DNA of 45,777 nucleotides, taken from the NCBI GenBank assembly GCA_027048265.1, contig JALTXS010000102.1, positions 1-45,777 of the forward strand, in the 5' to 3' direction. Each line of letters begins with the position of its first letter. Position 1 is the first letter of the stretch. The notes beneath the pieces were generated by a model, which had not been told where the DNA came from, ran no database searches, and worked only from the letters and a program-made list of their open reading frames with translations. The DNA comes from Desulfurococcales archaeon. GTDB taxonomy: Archaea > Thermoproteota > Thermoprotei_A > Sulfolobales > Fervidicoccaceae. This document shows positions 1 through 9,222 of this stretch, piece by piece. The translations under genes were made by a program, and so were the position numbers.

Positions 1-1688
1 CTCTTTTCACGTATGACTGCTGCTGTAAGCCCAGCTGCAGAGCTTCCCTTGCCAGTTGTGTACACGCCTCGAGGCGCTATCTTGCTGACATACTGGAGTA
101 GCTGACTATTATGCATAAAGATTCCCTGGGGCAAGACGAGGAAGTTCTCGTCATTTTCAACACTGATGTCGTATACATAGTCGTAGGCAGGGTTGGTTAG
201 AGTAACCTTTTCCACAGGCACGTATATAACCTGTCCCTCCTCTAGCTTGGGTAGAAGGTCGCCTATTTTTAGGTCAGCACCTTGCACAGGCTGCAACATA
301 TTCCCTCTCTTAACTAGGAAGCTGTGGTCCAGTGTCGCCTGGACCCGGGTGCCGTCTTTTAGAAGTACCTCCACCATGGCCCCTGGTGAGTTGTGTCTGA
401 TAAATGCCCGGATTTTTGACCACCTAGGTGTCCCGGTACCAGGTTCTATGGAGAGGGTGTAATACTCATATCCAACCCTATCTGTGCGGAAAACCTCCGT
501 GCCGTCACTGCTGACCTCAATCTCTTCCCTATGCTCTTCCATTAGATAATCAGTCACTTTAGCAATGTCTGCCCAGGTCTCGGAGCCCGGCTCTCCTTTG
601 CTCAGAAGAATCATGGTGCCCGGGGGAACGCTCTTAGCGGTTCCCGGGTCCCCTACTAACAGAATGTGTATGTCTCCCCTTATCCTCATCTTGTCCTGCG
701 TTTCCTTAGGTACTCCACCAAAGAGGGCTAGTGCTATCGCTTCCTTTATGTCCCATAAGCCATAGATGCCGGGGGCTATGCTTGTTATAATCTTCTTTCT
801 TATCCAGGGGTCTCTTGCCAGCTCGAGTATCTTCTGCTCGTCCTCGCGGGTTATCTCAACCTCCTCGAGCGTCTTTTGGCTCACCTCTAGGCCAATTACT
901 TCAAGGAACTTGTCGTAGACGGGGAGTGTCTTCTTAACCGGGTTCTGTATCCTTAGCACGCCCACAGCACTTATACGATCCCCTGGCCTTGCCCTGTCTA
1001 CGAGGTCCCTGCTCACAATGGCTTCCACACTCCTGGGTATCTGGCCGGGTGGGACCTCCTCCGGTCTCTCCTGTATCACTATTTTCTGCCAGTCAACATA
1101 CCTGCTCTTTTCTGGAACAAGTCTTATGTTGCCTGGTCTCTGGCACTTGGGGCAGAATGGAGGGGTTTCGAGCGTCTCGCCAATCTCACCTTCTTCAGGC
1201 CACTCGAACTCTGCCCCGCATTTGGGGTCCATGTGCTTGAAGACGGCCTTCACCATCTTCTCTTTTACGGGCGTCGCCCTCACTAGTATGCCTTCAACCA
1301 TTACTAGCCTGTTTATAAACTCGCTTCCCAGCTTTCGTATAGGTGTCGCTCTGAGAAGCTTAACAATTCTTACAAAGAACCTATCATGCTGTTCGAGGTA
1401 CTGGGGGTTCGTGTTTGACACGACGCTGGTCAGGGCATTGTTAAACAAGGGGAGCATACCATCGGGGTCTCTCTCAAGTTGTAGTGCAAGCGTGTGATCG
1501 TAATGGTAAAGGTCGGGAAAGTCCACATGAATAGAGTATTCGCCAGATGACATCATCTGCTTTATGCGCTCCATGTACTTGCGCTCTCCCGAAGGCGTCG
1601 TATATTCTCTAAGAAACTGTGCGAACTTCGCCTCGTAATCCATCTCTTCTAGAAGAGCTTCACTATCAAACCCTGTGTCCTCACCCAT
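1..1688 (-). CDS. mcm: MCM replicative helicase, 5' two-thirds (3' end runs off the left window edge); interrupted by an in-frame mini-intein
   Basis: Absent from the ORF track because it is open at the edge. Hand translation of the minus frame from ATG 1688 gives MGEDTGFDSEALLEEMDYEAKF... It has a Zn-finger region (KCGAEF..FCPKCQ) and a Walker A read as GDIHILLVGDPGTAK-[175 aa]-SQLLQYVSKIAPRGVYTTGKGSSAAGLTAAVIREK. I met no stop codon where I checked base by base (3..659) or in the quicker read of the rest. Confidence 0.93.
   Translation of the reverse strand, partial: MGEDTGFDSEALLEEMDYEAKFAQFLREYTTPSGERKYMERIKQMMSSGEYSIHVDFPDLYHYDHTLALQLERDPDGMLPLFNNALTSVVSNTNPQYLEQHDRFFVRIVKLLRATPIRKLGSEFINRLVMVEGILVRATPVKEKMVKAVFKHMDPKCGAEFEWPEEGEIGETLETPPFCPKCQRPGNIRLVPEKSRYVDWQKIVIQERPEEVPPGQIPRSVEAIVSRDLVDRARPGDRISAVGVLRIQNPVKKTLPVYDKFLEVIGLEVSQKTLEEVEITREDEQKILELARDPWIRKKIITSIAPGIYGLWDIKEAIALALFGGVPKETQDKMRIRGDIHILLVGDPGTAKSVPPGTMILLSKGEPGSETWADIAKVTDYLMEEHREEIEVSSDGTEVFRTDRVGYEYYTLSIEPGTGTPRWSKIRAFIRHNSPGAMVEVLLKDGTRVQATLDHSFLVKRGNMLQPVQGADLKIGDLLPKLEEGQVIYVPVEKVTLTNPAYDYVYDISVENDENFLVLPQGIFMHNSQLLQYVSKIAPRGVYTTGKGSSAAGLTAAVIREK
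108..632 (-). mobile_element. Mini-intein (175 aa, Hint domain only) inserted in the MCM P-loop between K and S of GDPGTAK|S
   Basis: Codon-by-codon translation gives SVPPGTMILL... (block A, Ser1), KDGTRVQATLDHSFLV (block B, TxxH), YVYDISVENDENFLV (block F) and GIFMHN followed by +1 Ser (block G). There is no room for an endonuclease domain. Removing it restores the canonical GDPGTAKSQLLQYV. Confidence 0.85.
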
Positions 1689-1734
1689 TAGGACCTACCC
1701 TATCTTTGATGTAAGTGGTATTAAAAGGGACTTT

Positions 1735-2310
1735 TCAGATGCTTTCGCTCCCCAAGATCTTGGACCTCCATTCTCTTATTAAGTTTCTCAGCTCGTCTAA
1801 AAGCACCTGCTCTTCTGGAGTCAAACGGGCCGATATCTGGCTGGACATCTTTTCGTCCAGTGAGGACAAGGCTATTGTCTGCAACCTTTTGTCCACAATC
1901 TCGTTTAAGTAATCATGCATTCTCCTCTTTTCCTCTATCAACTGTGGCTCCGGGTTTTCCCTTATTCTCCTATCTAGGTTAGCAAGATAATCTCTGACGA
2001 GCCAGTAAAAGTTGTCAGGAAGCTGTTCTATGTCCTTAAGGGAGACCCTCTGCATCTCCCTATAATGTATACGTATAACATCCTCAATACTTACATCGTC
2101 CCACAGTATAGATACGGTTTTCTCATCCTCGAGCACACGGGCCATCCATCTAGGTATCTCAATCTTATCTCCCCTTTGTGCAGTTATCACGGTCCCATCT
2201 GGAAGCACCATCCTATCAATACTCTTAAGGGCTATTACCTTTGTCATCGTGTTCTCATATGCTTTTTCAAGCAAAGTCAGCCTAGTGGTCATTTTATCCA
2301 TTATTAACAT
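1735..2310 (-). CDS. gins23: GINS complex subunit (Gins23-type, by position directly upstream of mcm)
   Basis: About 190-aa ORF ending 47 nt before the mcm ATG. It carries an A-domain-like helix, NEIVDKRLQTIALSSL (the R..KI...A pattern of GINS). The gins23-mcm arrangement is as in Sulfolobus. The track start at 2316 is GTG; ATG 2310 follows a GGAGTGGTGA Shine-Dalgarno-like run. Confidence 0.65.
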   Translation of the reverse strand: MLIMDKMTTRLTLLEKAYENTMTKVIALKSIDRMVLPDGTVITAQRGDKIEIPRWMARVLEDEKTVSILWDDVSIEDVIRIHYREMQRVSLKDIEQLPDNFYWLVRDYLANLDRRIRENPEPQLIEEKRRMHDYLNEIVDKRLQTIALSSLDEKMSSQISARLTPEEQVLLDELRNLIREWRSKILGSESI

Positions 2311-2469
2311 CACCACTCCTTACAAATGTCGAGACCCCTACAAGTACCAAATACGTTAGTCCAAAGCTATATTGTTTGGTTGTTTTACCCACAAGCAAGA
2401 CTGTTCTTGTATCCTGCCCTATTTTTGGAAAAACAATTATCAGATTAGAGTCTGGGGGAATACTCTTTG

Positions 2470-2515
2470 GTTACTATATTTTATACTCCCGAGTTCCAAA
2501 TAAATAATTAAACTA
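2470..2515 (+). promoter_or_regulatory. AT-rich TATA-like elements in the divergent gins/rfc intergenic region (candidate rfcS promoter)
   Basis: tatattttatac (2475-2486) and aaataaataattaaa (2498-2512) lie 30-70 nt upstream of ATG 2545. Purine-rich GGTGG and GGGAG follow. Confidence 0.35.
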
Positions 2516-2544
2516 CATCATAAAGGTGGCTGAAGGGAGCGATA

Positions 2545-3537
2545 ATGAGTTCAATAGAGCAAGACGTTTACGTATTGTGGGCCGAGAAATACCGTCCTAG
2601 AACACTAGATGAGGTTGTCAACCAGGAAGAGATTGTTCAAAGGCTGAAAAAGTTCGTTAAGGAAAAAAATGCTCCCCACATGCTGTTTGCGGGACCTCCT
2701 GGCACAGGCAAGACAACATTAGCGCTAGCGTTCGCACACGACCTTTATGGACCGGATTTCAGGAGATACCTTCTCGAATTGAATGCAAGTGATGAACGTG
2801 GAATCGACGTCATAAGAACAAAGGTCAAGGAATTTGCAAGAGCGAGAGTTGCAGGCGACGTTCCCTTTAAACTGATATTACTAGACGAGGCAGACAACAT
2901 GACGGCTGACGCTCAACAGGCCCTTCGACGCCTCATGGAGGTGTTCACCCCAACGAGCAGATTCATTCTAATAGCAAACTATCCTAGCAAAATAATAGAG
3001 CCTATTCAGTCCAGAACCGCGTTTTTCAGGTTCGCCCCCCTTAGAAAGGAAGATGTTGTGGAGAGGCTAAAGTGGATAGCAGAGCGAGAAGGGGTGTCCT
3101 ACGATGAAGACGCTCTCGACGTAATATACGAGATAAGCGAGGGAGACATGAGGAAGGCCATCAACTTGCTACAGGCAGCAAGTGCAGTGGGGAGGGTCAC
3201 GGTTGAGTCAGTGTACAGGGTGGTGGGACTAGCTCACCCCAAGGAGGTGAGGGAACTGATAAGGTATGCGCTCAGGGGCGAGTTCTCCCCGGCTCGTGAT
3301 CGGCTTAGGAAGCTCATGGTAAACTATGGATTGAGCGGGCTGGATATTATAAAGCAGATACACAGCGAGCTTTTCCGAGGAGACATGGACATTCCAGAAG
3401 ACGTGAAAGTGCTGATAGCCGACTATACTGGGGAGATACAGTTCAGGCTGGTTGAGGGGGCTGACGATGAGATACAGCTGAACGCCTTCATCGCATGGCT
3501 TTCCATGCTTGGGAGGAAACTGGGGCTCGCCAAGTAA
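2545..3537 (+). CDS. rfcS: Replication factor C small subunit
   Basis: WAEKYRP (RFC box II), GPPGTGKTT Walker A, LLDEADNMT Walker B, SRTAFFRF (SRC-type motif). 330 aa with no intein. Confidence 0.95.
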   Translation: MSSIEQDVYVLWAEKYRPRTLDEVVNQEEIVQRLKKFVKEKNAPHMLFAGPPGTGKTTLALAFAHDLYGPDFRRYLLELNASDERGIDVIRTKVKEFARARVAGDVPFKLILLDEADNMTADAQQALRRLMEVFTPTSRFILIANYPSKIIEPIQSRTAFFRFAPLRKEDVVERLKWIAEREGVSYDEDALDVIYEISEGDMRKAINLLQAASAVGRVTVESVYRVVGLAHPKEVRELIRYALRGEFSPARDRLRKLMVNYGLSGLDIIKQIHSELFRGDMDIPEDVKVLIADYTGEIQFRLVEGADDEIQLNAFIAWLSMLGRKLGLAK

Positions 3538-3565
3538 AGCCCCTTATAGTGTAGGAGGTCCTGAA

Positions 3566-5002
3566 ATGTCAACCCCTCCCAAACTCCCCTGGGTGGTAAA
3601 ATATAGGCCCAAGAAGCTTGATGATTATGTAGATCAAGATGAGGCAAAGAGTGCCCTAGTTGCTTGGATAAAGGAGTGGCTCTCAGGGAGGATACCCTCT
3701 AAAAAAGCGGTTCTTCTCTATGGTCCTCCGGGTACGGGCAAGACCTCCCTCGTTGAGGCCCTTGCCGGTGAGTTTGGACTAGACATTGTTGAGATGAATG
3801 CTAGTGATTTTAGGAGGAAGGAGGACATAGAGAGGATTGCGGTTAGGGCTAGCAGGCAGTTGTCTCTTAGTGGAAGGAGGAGGATTATCCTATTAGACGA
3901 GGTAGATGGGCTAAGTGGGGTTGCCGACAAGGGTGCTATTGAAGGTATACTGGAGCTGATAAGGGACACGAGGCACCCAGTTATCCTAACAGCTAACGAC
4001 CCATGGTCACAAAGTCTTAAGCCCCTCAGAGACGCTACGCTTATGCTTCAGGTAAGGAGGCTCAGGATGCGCGATATTTTATCGGTGCTTAAAAGGATAT
4101 GTGAGGCAGAGAAGATTTACTGCGAGGACGCTGGGCTCAAGGTAATCTATGAGAGAAACCAGGGAGACCTGCGAGCATGCATAAATGACCTCCAGGCGAT
4201 AGCTGAGACCTATGGCAGGGTTACAGAAAGCCTTGCGAAGACACTCACGTATTATAGAGACCGGGAGCTGGACCCGTTCGAAACCCTAAGAAAAGTTTTT
4301 ACATCAAAATATGCATGGCAGGCCAAGAGCGCTGTGACGCACAGCCAGCTTGACTATGATATGCTCTCAGAGTGGTTCAATGAGAACATCCCTGTACAGC
4401 TAACCGATCCTGAAGACATGCTCAGAGCCTTCGACGCCCTCTCAAGGGCAGATGTTTATAGAGGCCGGATAATAAGGTCGGGCTCGTGGGACCTCCTGTC
4501 TTATGTAATAGACATGCTGGGGCCCGGCATAGCATTTTCTCGTAGGCGGACCAAGTTCAGATGGGTGGGCTACAAATTCCCTCAAAAAATAAGGATTCTC
4601 TCTGAAACCAAGGAGCGTCGTGAAAAGTTGAACAGAGCTGCTAGGAAAATCGCCGAGGAGACCCATACCTCTATCAGGACCGCATTGGCTGAAACCATAC
4701 CTGTATTGAGAGCCATTTATAGAGCTAATCCGGAGATGGGTGCAGGGATCATGAAGTATTTAGGCATTGCTCCAGATGAAGCTACCGTTATAACAGGTGA
4801 CGACACTGTGAAGAAATATATGGAAAAGGTGAAAGTTAAACCAGTTACAAGTATGCATGAAGAGTCAGTGCTGGAAAGAACACCAAGCGCGCTGAGTCAC
4901 CCCGGTGCAGCCGAGTCTACCCAGACTAGAGGAGAGAGTAAGGCGAGGGGTCGTTCTCGTAGAAGGAAAAAACCAAGCGGAGGTCAGAGGACTCTCTTCT
5001 AA
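3566..5002 (+). CDS. rfcL: Replication factor C large subunit
   Basis: WVVKYRPKKLDDYV, YGPPGTGKTS Walker A, ILLDEVDG Walker B, and a basic C-terminal tail ending QRTLF. ATG 3566 lies 7 nt after GGAGG (3554-3558). The track start at 3509 is a TTG that overlaps the rfcS 3' end. Confidence 0.9.
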   Translation: MSTPPKLPWVVKYRPKKLDDYVDQDEAKSALVAWIKEWLSGRIPSKKAVLLYGPPGTGKTSLVEALAGEFGLDIVEMNASDFRRKEDIERIAVRASRQLSLSGRRRIILLDEVDGLSGVADKGAIEGILELIRDTRHPVILTANDPWSQSLKPLRDATLMLQVRRLRMRDILSVLKRICEAEKIYCEDAGLKVIYERNQGDLRACINDLQAIAETYGRVTESLAKTLTYYRDRELDPFETLRKVFTSKYAWQAKSAVTHSQLDYDMLSEWFNENIPVQLTDPEDMLRAFDALSRADVYRGRIIRSGSWDLLSYVIDMLGPGIAFSRRRTKFRWVGYKFPQKIRILSETKERREKLNRAARKIAEETHTSIRTALAETIPVLRAIYRANPEMGAGIMKYLGIAPDEATVITGDDTVKKYMEKVKVKPVTSMHEESVLERTPSALSHPGAAESTQTRGESKARGRSRRRKKPSGGQRTLF

Positions 5003-5759
5003 AAACTCTGCTAGCCAAGACCTGGTAAAGCTCGATCTTTTCATAAATTGGTATTAGGGATATAGGGTGCTTGGCCCCTACTAGGAACAACCTGTTGGGC
5101 TCAGCTGTTCCCTGGTGTCTTATCTTCGATGTCTCTATAATGCCTTCGCCGCAGTGGAGGGCGCGGGCTATCCATATTATTCTTCTTATAAAATTGTGGG
5201 GAAAAGACTCTCCTCGGAACCGCCAGACTATCTTGCTTCCAACCCTGCGAGCGTCTACAGCTAGTATTCTCCTGAAGAAATATCTTTTCGAGAACCTTCT
5301 GACCCTCATATATATATAGTTGTGCATCTTGCGTCCTTCTATTTCCTTGACCGCTTTTGTGAGGTCTCCTAGGCTTTTGCACTTATAGTTCCTTATCTCA
5401 TCAACATAGACGTATTCCCTCCATAGTGACCAATATCTAGCTTTGAACTCTAGAGAATCTATCCACCTATATGCCCAAGGCAATATCTGTGAATCAGACA
5501 ATTCTTCCATATGCTGGAAAAAACGTAGATAGTCGCAGTCCTCCCTTACCAGCAAGGATACTGTCTGCCCAATAGCATGTACTCCCCTATCCGTTCTCCC
5601 CACGTAGGAGTACCATTGGGGTGGTGAACCGTCTGCGCATAATGACTTTTCCAGGGACTCGAAAATTACCTGTTCAACAGTATATAAATCAGGCTGTCTC
5701 TGGAATCCCCAGAATTTGGAGCCATTGTAAGCTATTTTAAATGAAAAAAGCCTATACAA
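4926..5759 (-). CDS. truA: tRNA pseudouridine synthase A (TruA/Pus family)
   Basis: N-terminus FKIAYNGSKFWGFQRQP and the catalytic-Asp motif GRTDRGVHA. TTG start lies 10 nt downstream of the nuoN stop. Confidence 0.85.
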   Translation of the reverse strand: MYRLFSFKIAYNGSKFWGFQRQPDLYTVEQVIFESLEKSLCADGSPPQWYSYVGRTDRGVHAIGQTVSLLVREDCDYLRFFQHMEELSDSQILPWAYRWIDSLEFKARYWSLWREYVYVDEIRNYKCKSLGDLTKAVKEIEGRKMHNYIYMRVRRFSKRYFFRRILAVDARRVGSKIVWRFRGESFPHNFIRRIIWIARALHCGEGIIETSKIRHQGTAEPNRLFLVGAKHPISLIPIYEKIELYQVLASRVFRRESSDLRLVFSFYENDPSPYSLL

Positions 5760-5768
5760 GCCCGCCCC

Positions 5769-7202
5769 TCAAGGCATAATTATCGCAAGCTGGTTGAAAA
5801 GCAGTGTCATTATACCAAGTCCTAGGAGGATGCTCGCCACTGCAAATATTATTACAGGCACCCTTATTGCAGGCGGCACGCCTATAACCGCCTCGCCATC
5901 TTCAGGCTCCTGATACAGCTCTCTCACAATCCGTGCATAGTAAAAGCTCGAGATACCGCTATTCACAATAGCGATTACCAGCAAAGCGGTTGACACAGGT
6001 ATTATGGACTGAAATAGATACAACTTGCCCCAGAAACCAGCCAGGGGAGGCATCCCCAGAAGGCTCATGACAACCACTGTCAACGAGAATGCAAGAACCC
6101 TATCGCTCGAGTATAGTCCCTTGAGCGACTCAAGACTTTGTGCACTTGGAAGGCTTGTTATCAGGAATACCCCAGGTTTGGAGAACGCGTATGCTATGAG
6201 ATGTACAGCTATAGCTGCAGTGGCGAACAGAACAAGACCGTGTGTGAATCCACCAGTTTTCAACGCGAATGATAGGGCAGTAACGCCTAGGAGAAGATAG
6301 CCAACATGCGCAATACTACTGTATGCCATTATTCTTTGAATATTCTTGGCTGAGAGTGCTGCTATGTTACCGTACGTCATAGTGGCAACTGAGATGATCC
6401 CCAGTAGTGCCACCAGCGTTTCAACCGCACCTGGGGGTACCAGCGTGTATATCAGCATTCTAACCGCGCCCGCTACTGCGGCTACTTTTACAACACCAGT
6501 TAGGAGAGCCACGATAGTACCGTTTATGTTACTATACACGTCAGGAAGCCAAGCATGGAAGGGGAAGGCACCCGCTTTGAAACCCACTGCAAGGACAAGC
6601 ATCAAAGCGGCAGCTGTAGCGACAAGGGGGACTGAAAAAGAGTTCCCCCCAGCAAGTAGCACGTCCCCTGAGAGGTACGGTACCGTCCCTATCCACATTA
6701 TTAGGAAAACTGTTGACGCTCCACCCATTATGGCGTATTTGAGAGCCGCGTCTGCTGATATTTTGCTCTTCTCAATAGCAGCCAGCACGTATGATGCCAC
6801 GCTCATGAGAATCCATGATGCCACAAATATGCTTATACTTGAAGTGAAGATAACCAGTATGGAGCCCAATATGGCCATATAGGATATACTATAGAAGCTT
6901 GATGCGGTGTCCTTGCCACGCGTGAACTCTGATGAGGCCAAAAGCACCAGAGCCGCCACGAAAATGGTTACCAGACCCAGGGTAACAGACAGGGGATCCA
7001 GGACGATCCTGCCTCCAAGTAACATGGTTGGCCTCTGCATTGACGTGCCTATAACCATTCCAGCGAACATTACGGCAACTATAGCTGGTATGAGTGCTAT
7101 TAGAGAGCCTTTGTCATGCTTCGTATCTATAAAGAGCGGTAAGAATATTCCAGCTGCCAGCGAAAGCACCATTCCAGTAAAAGCCAGCATCGATGCCTCC
7201 AT
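5769..7202 (-). CDS. nuoN: NADH-quinone oxidoreductase subunit N
   Basis: Polytopic antiporter-like protein with FHAWLPDVYSNINGTIVALL (NuoN-type H.WLPD.Y motif). Confidence 0.88.
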   Translation of the reverse strand: MEASMLAFTGMVLSLAAGIFLPLFIDTKHDKGSLIALIPAIVAVMFAGMVIGTSMQRPTMLLGGRIVLDPLSVTLGLVTIFVAALVLLASSEFTRGKDTASSFYSISYMAILGSILVIFTSSISIFVASWILMSVASYVLAAIEKSKISADAALKYAIMGGASTVFLIMWIGTVPYLSGDVLLAGGNSFSVPLVATAAALMLVLAVGFKAGAFPFHAWLPDVYSNINGTIVALLTGVVKVAAVAGAVRMLIYTLVPPGAVETLVALLGIISVATMTYGNIAALSAKNIQRIMAYSSIAHVGYLLLGVTALSFALKTGGFTHGLVLFATAAIAVHLIAYAFSKPGVFLITSLPSAQSLESLKGLYSSDRVLAFSLTVVVMSLLGMPPLAGFWGKLYLFQSIIPVSTALLVIAIVNSGISSFYYARIVRELYQEPEDGEAVIGVPPAIRVPVIIFAVASILLGLGIMTLLFNQLAIIMP

Positions 7203-7221
7203 TTACACGCACCTCCCTGAC

Positions 7222-9222
7222 CTAGCTAAGCATGTAGATTATCAGTGCCAGTATAAAGCCCGCAACTAGGTAGGAAACATAGGACGAAAGATCGCCCGTC
7301 TGTAACCTGCGAACGAGTATAGATAGTTTTTTGAAAGCGCTTGTGAGCCTCACGTGTATTGCCGTATCAAGCGTGCTTTCCACACCTTTATACACAGCCG
7401 TCGCGAACATATCTCCGCCCTTCACAAATACCTTATAGATTAGAGGGTTGATATACCACCTGTCGTAGAGGAAGTCTGTAAGGGGTTTTAGTGTGGAAGC
7501 CAGTCTCTTAGTATCTATTATCGCGAGGTAGTATGATGCGTAGGAGAGGAACAGGCCTGCTAGTGCGAGAGACAGGCCCATTATTGCAGTGGCTCCAACG
7601 TGCACAATTTCTTCAACCTCTCCGCCCAGACCAACTGTGCGGGATACTATGCTGGAGTACGCCTCACTTATAAACGGCCATAAAATCCCCAAGACTAGCG
7701 CAAGTCCGCCGAGAATACCGTATGTGAACAAAACATAACCAGGGGCCTCTTCCAGCTCTTTTTCGCCCTTATTGTACCTTTTGTTGAACATGAGCATGCG
7801 TGTCGAATAGAAGCCTGTAATGGGTATCGTGACAATAGCGAGAACCGCGGCCGCGGTTAGGCCTTTCTCCAGCAGCAGGCCCACAATGCCCTCCTTACTC
7901 CAGAAACCTATGAAGGGCGGTATACCAGCAAGGCTAAGCGTTGCGAGCCACATGGCTATCAATGTTTTCCTCAGCCAAGGAGTCAGTCTCGGCATCTCGT
8001 CAATATATCGGGTGTGGGTTGAATGCAGGATAATCCCGGCCCCAAGGAAAAGAGCTGCCTTGAAAATTGCATGTGCCATCAAGTGTGCCAGGACGACCGC
8101 TACCACCAACGCGGTTTTCTCGCCCACGAACCCTATCACACCTATTCCAGCAAACATGTAACCCAGCTGACTTGCCGTTGAGTATGCCAGAATAAGCTTT
8201 AGTTCCCGAGCTACAATGGCCATTGTGGACATCATGAAAGCAGTAATTGAGCCAATAAGCGCCACCGCCAGCGAGAAGCTTTGGAAGCTAGAGAGTAGGG
8301 CTGTACCTCCACCCTCTAGGGCGAGCATGTTGACGCCCGCAGCGGCTATTGGTATGAACCTTAGCATTAGGTAAACGCCTGCCTTAACCATTGCCGCTGC
8401 GTGTATTAGGGCGCTGACCGGGGTAGGGCCAGTCATGGCTGTGACAAGCCACTCGTGGAGGGGGAACTGGGCGCTCTTCGCCATAGCACCTAGGGTTAGC
8501 ATAGCCAGCACTGGTATTAACAGTCCCTTTTCTGCCAGCATTGAAACAAACAAGTCCGGCGATTCTGCGAGCTTCACTATGTTAAAGGTACCCGTTGTTA
8601 GGTATATCATGAATATACCGGCTGCAAAGGCTACGTCAGGTAGCCTCGTGAACATAAGTGCCCTTATTCCGCTATGAGTCGGAGAGAAGTACATTGGTTC
8701 TCCCAAGGCCTTTCTACCTAAGTCGCCCACATAGCGTTCCTCCTCGTCGCGGAACCAATGGCTTATCAGGGCATAGCTTGCGAGACCGGTTCCCTCCCAT
8801 CCTATAAAGAGGAGGAGCAAGTTGTCCGCTGTTACGACTAGCATCATGCTACCAACGAAGAATGAGAAGAATAGGAAGTATCTCTCGTATCCGTATTCGT
8901 GTTTCATATAGTATGTACTGTAGAGTACGATCAAGAAGCTGAGGCCGGATACTAGAATGGACATAACTATTGACAGTCCATCGTAATAAAGACCGTAGGG
9001 ACCCCCTATCCATTCTGCATTTGCAAGTATATAGTGTATGGGTTCTCCGCCAGTTAAGAACCTGATGGCGAGAACAAGACTAGTGAGGAAGGATAATCCT
9101 ATGAATAGACTGGCATAGGCGCCTGCTCGACCGTCTTTGGTCTTCCAGCTTATTGCAGATAGGAGGGATCCTATATAAGGCAATAGGACAGCTAGCAGAG
9201 CCTCCACATTAACCACCTCCAA
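7222..9222 (-). CDS. nuoL: NADH-quinone oxidoreductase subunit L
   Basis: 666 aa, with LFIGWEGTGLASYALISHWF (the NuoL GWEG.GL.SY.LI motif) and a long C-terminal extension typical of the lateral helix. Confidence 0.92.
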   Translation of the reverse strand: MEVVNVEALLAVLLPYIGSLLSAISWKTKDGRAGAYASLFIGLSFLTSLVLAIRFLTGGEPIHYILANAEWIGGPYGLYYDGLSIVMSILVSGLSFLIVLYSTYYMKHEYGYERYFLFFSFFVGSMMLVVTADNLLLLFIGWEGTGLASYALISHWFRDEEERYVGDLGRKALGEPMYFSPTHSGIRALMFTRLPDVAFAAGIFMIYLTTGTFNIVKLAESPDLFVSMLAEKGLLIPVLAMLTLGAMAKSAQFPLHEWLVTAMTGPTPVSALIHAAAMVKAGVYLMLRFIPIAAAGVNMLALEGGGTALLSSFQSFSLAVALIGSITAFMMSTMAIVARELKLILAYSTASQLGYMFAGIGVIGFVGEKTALVVAVVLAHLMAHAIFKAALFLGAGIILHSTHTRYIDEMPRLTPWLRKTLIAMWLATLSLAGIPPFIGFWSKEGIVGLLLEKGLTAAAVLAIVTIPITGFYSTRMLMFNKRYNKGEKELEEAPGYVLFTYGILGGLALVLGILWPFISEAYSSIVSRTVGLGGEVEEIVHVGATAIMGLSLALAGLFLSYASYYLAIIDTKRLASTLKPLTDFLYDRWYINPLIYKVFVKGGDMFATAVYKGVESTLDTAIHVRLTSAFKKLSILVRRLQTGDLSSYVSYLVAGFILALIIYMLS

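Noticed and set aside
193-1497. Plus-strand track ORFs 193..462, 565..765, 989..1240 and 1018..1497
   Set aside because: All lie antisense to the clearly conserved MCM/intein reading frame. They have low-complexity Ser/Pro/Leu-rich products and no motifs, so they are shadow ORFs.
2317-2544. Possible replication origin in the divergent gins-mcm / rfc intergenic region
   Set aside because: I saw no ORB or mini-ORB-like inverted repeats flanking an AT-rich unwinding element, and no orc1/cdc6 gene is adjacent. The AT-rich runs are adequately explained as two divergent promoters.
3509-3565. N-terminal extensions in the ORF track: rfcL 3509, S15 28490, Kae1 30826, S24e 31258, L15e 31381, MFS 41090, aIF2-gamma 44850, and others
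   Set aside because: The extensions begin at distant alternative start codons and overlap the upstream gene or a promoter. They precede the position where orthologous proteins start, and a downstream ATG with an SD or TATA context fits better.
6025-8677. Plus-strand ORFs inside nuoN and nuoL (for example 6346..6882 at 178 aa, 6907..7269, 7820..8161, 8435..8677)
   Set aside because: They are antisense to membrane-subunit genes with strong family motifs. Ala/Ser/Thr/Pro-rich products of this kind are typical of the reverse frames of hydrophobic genes.
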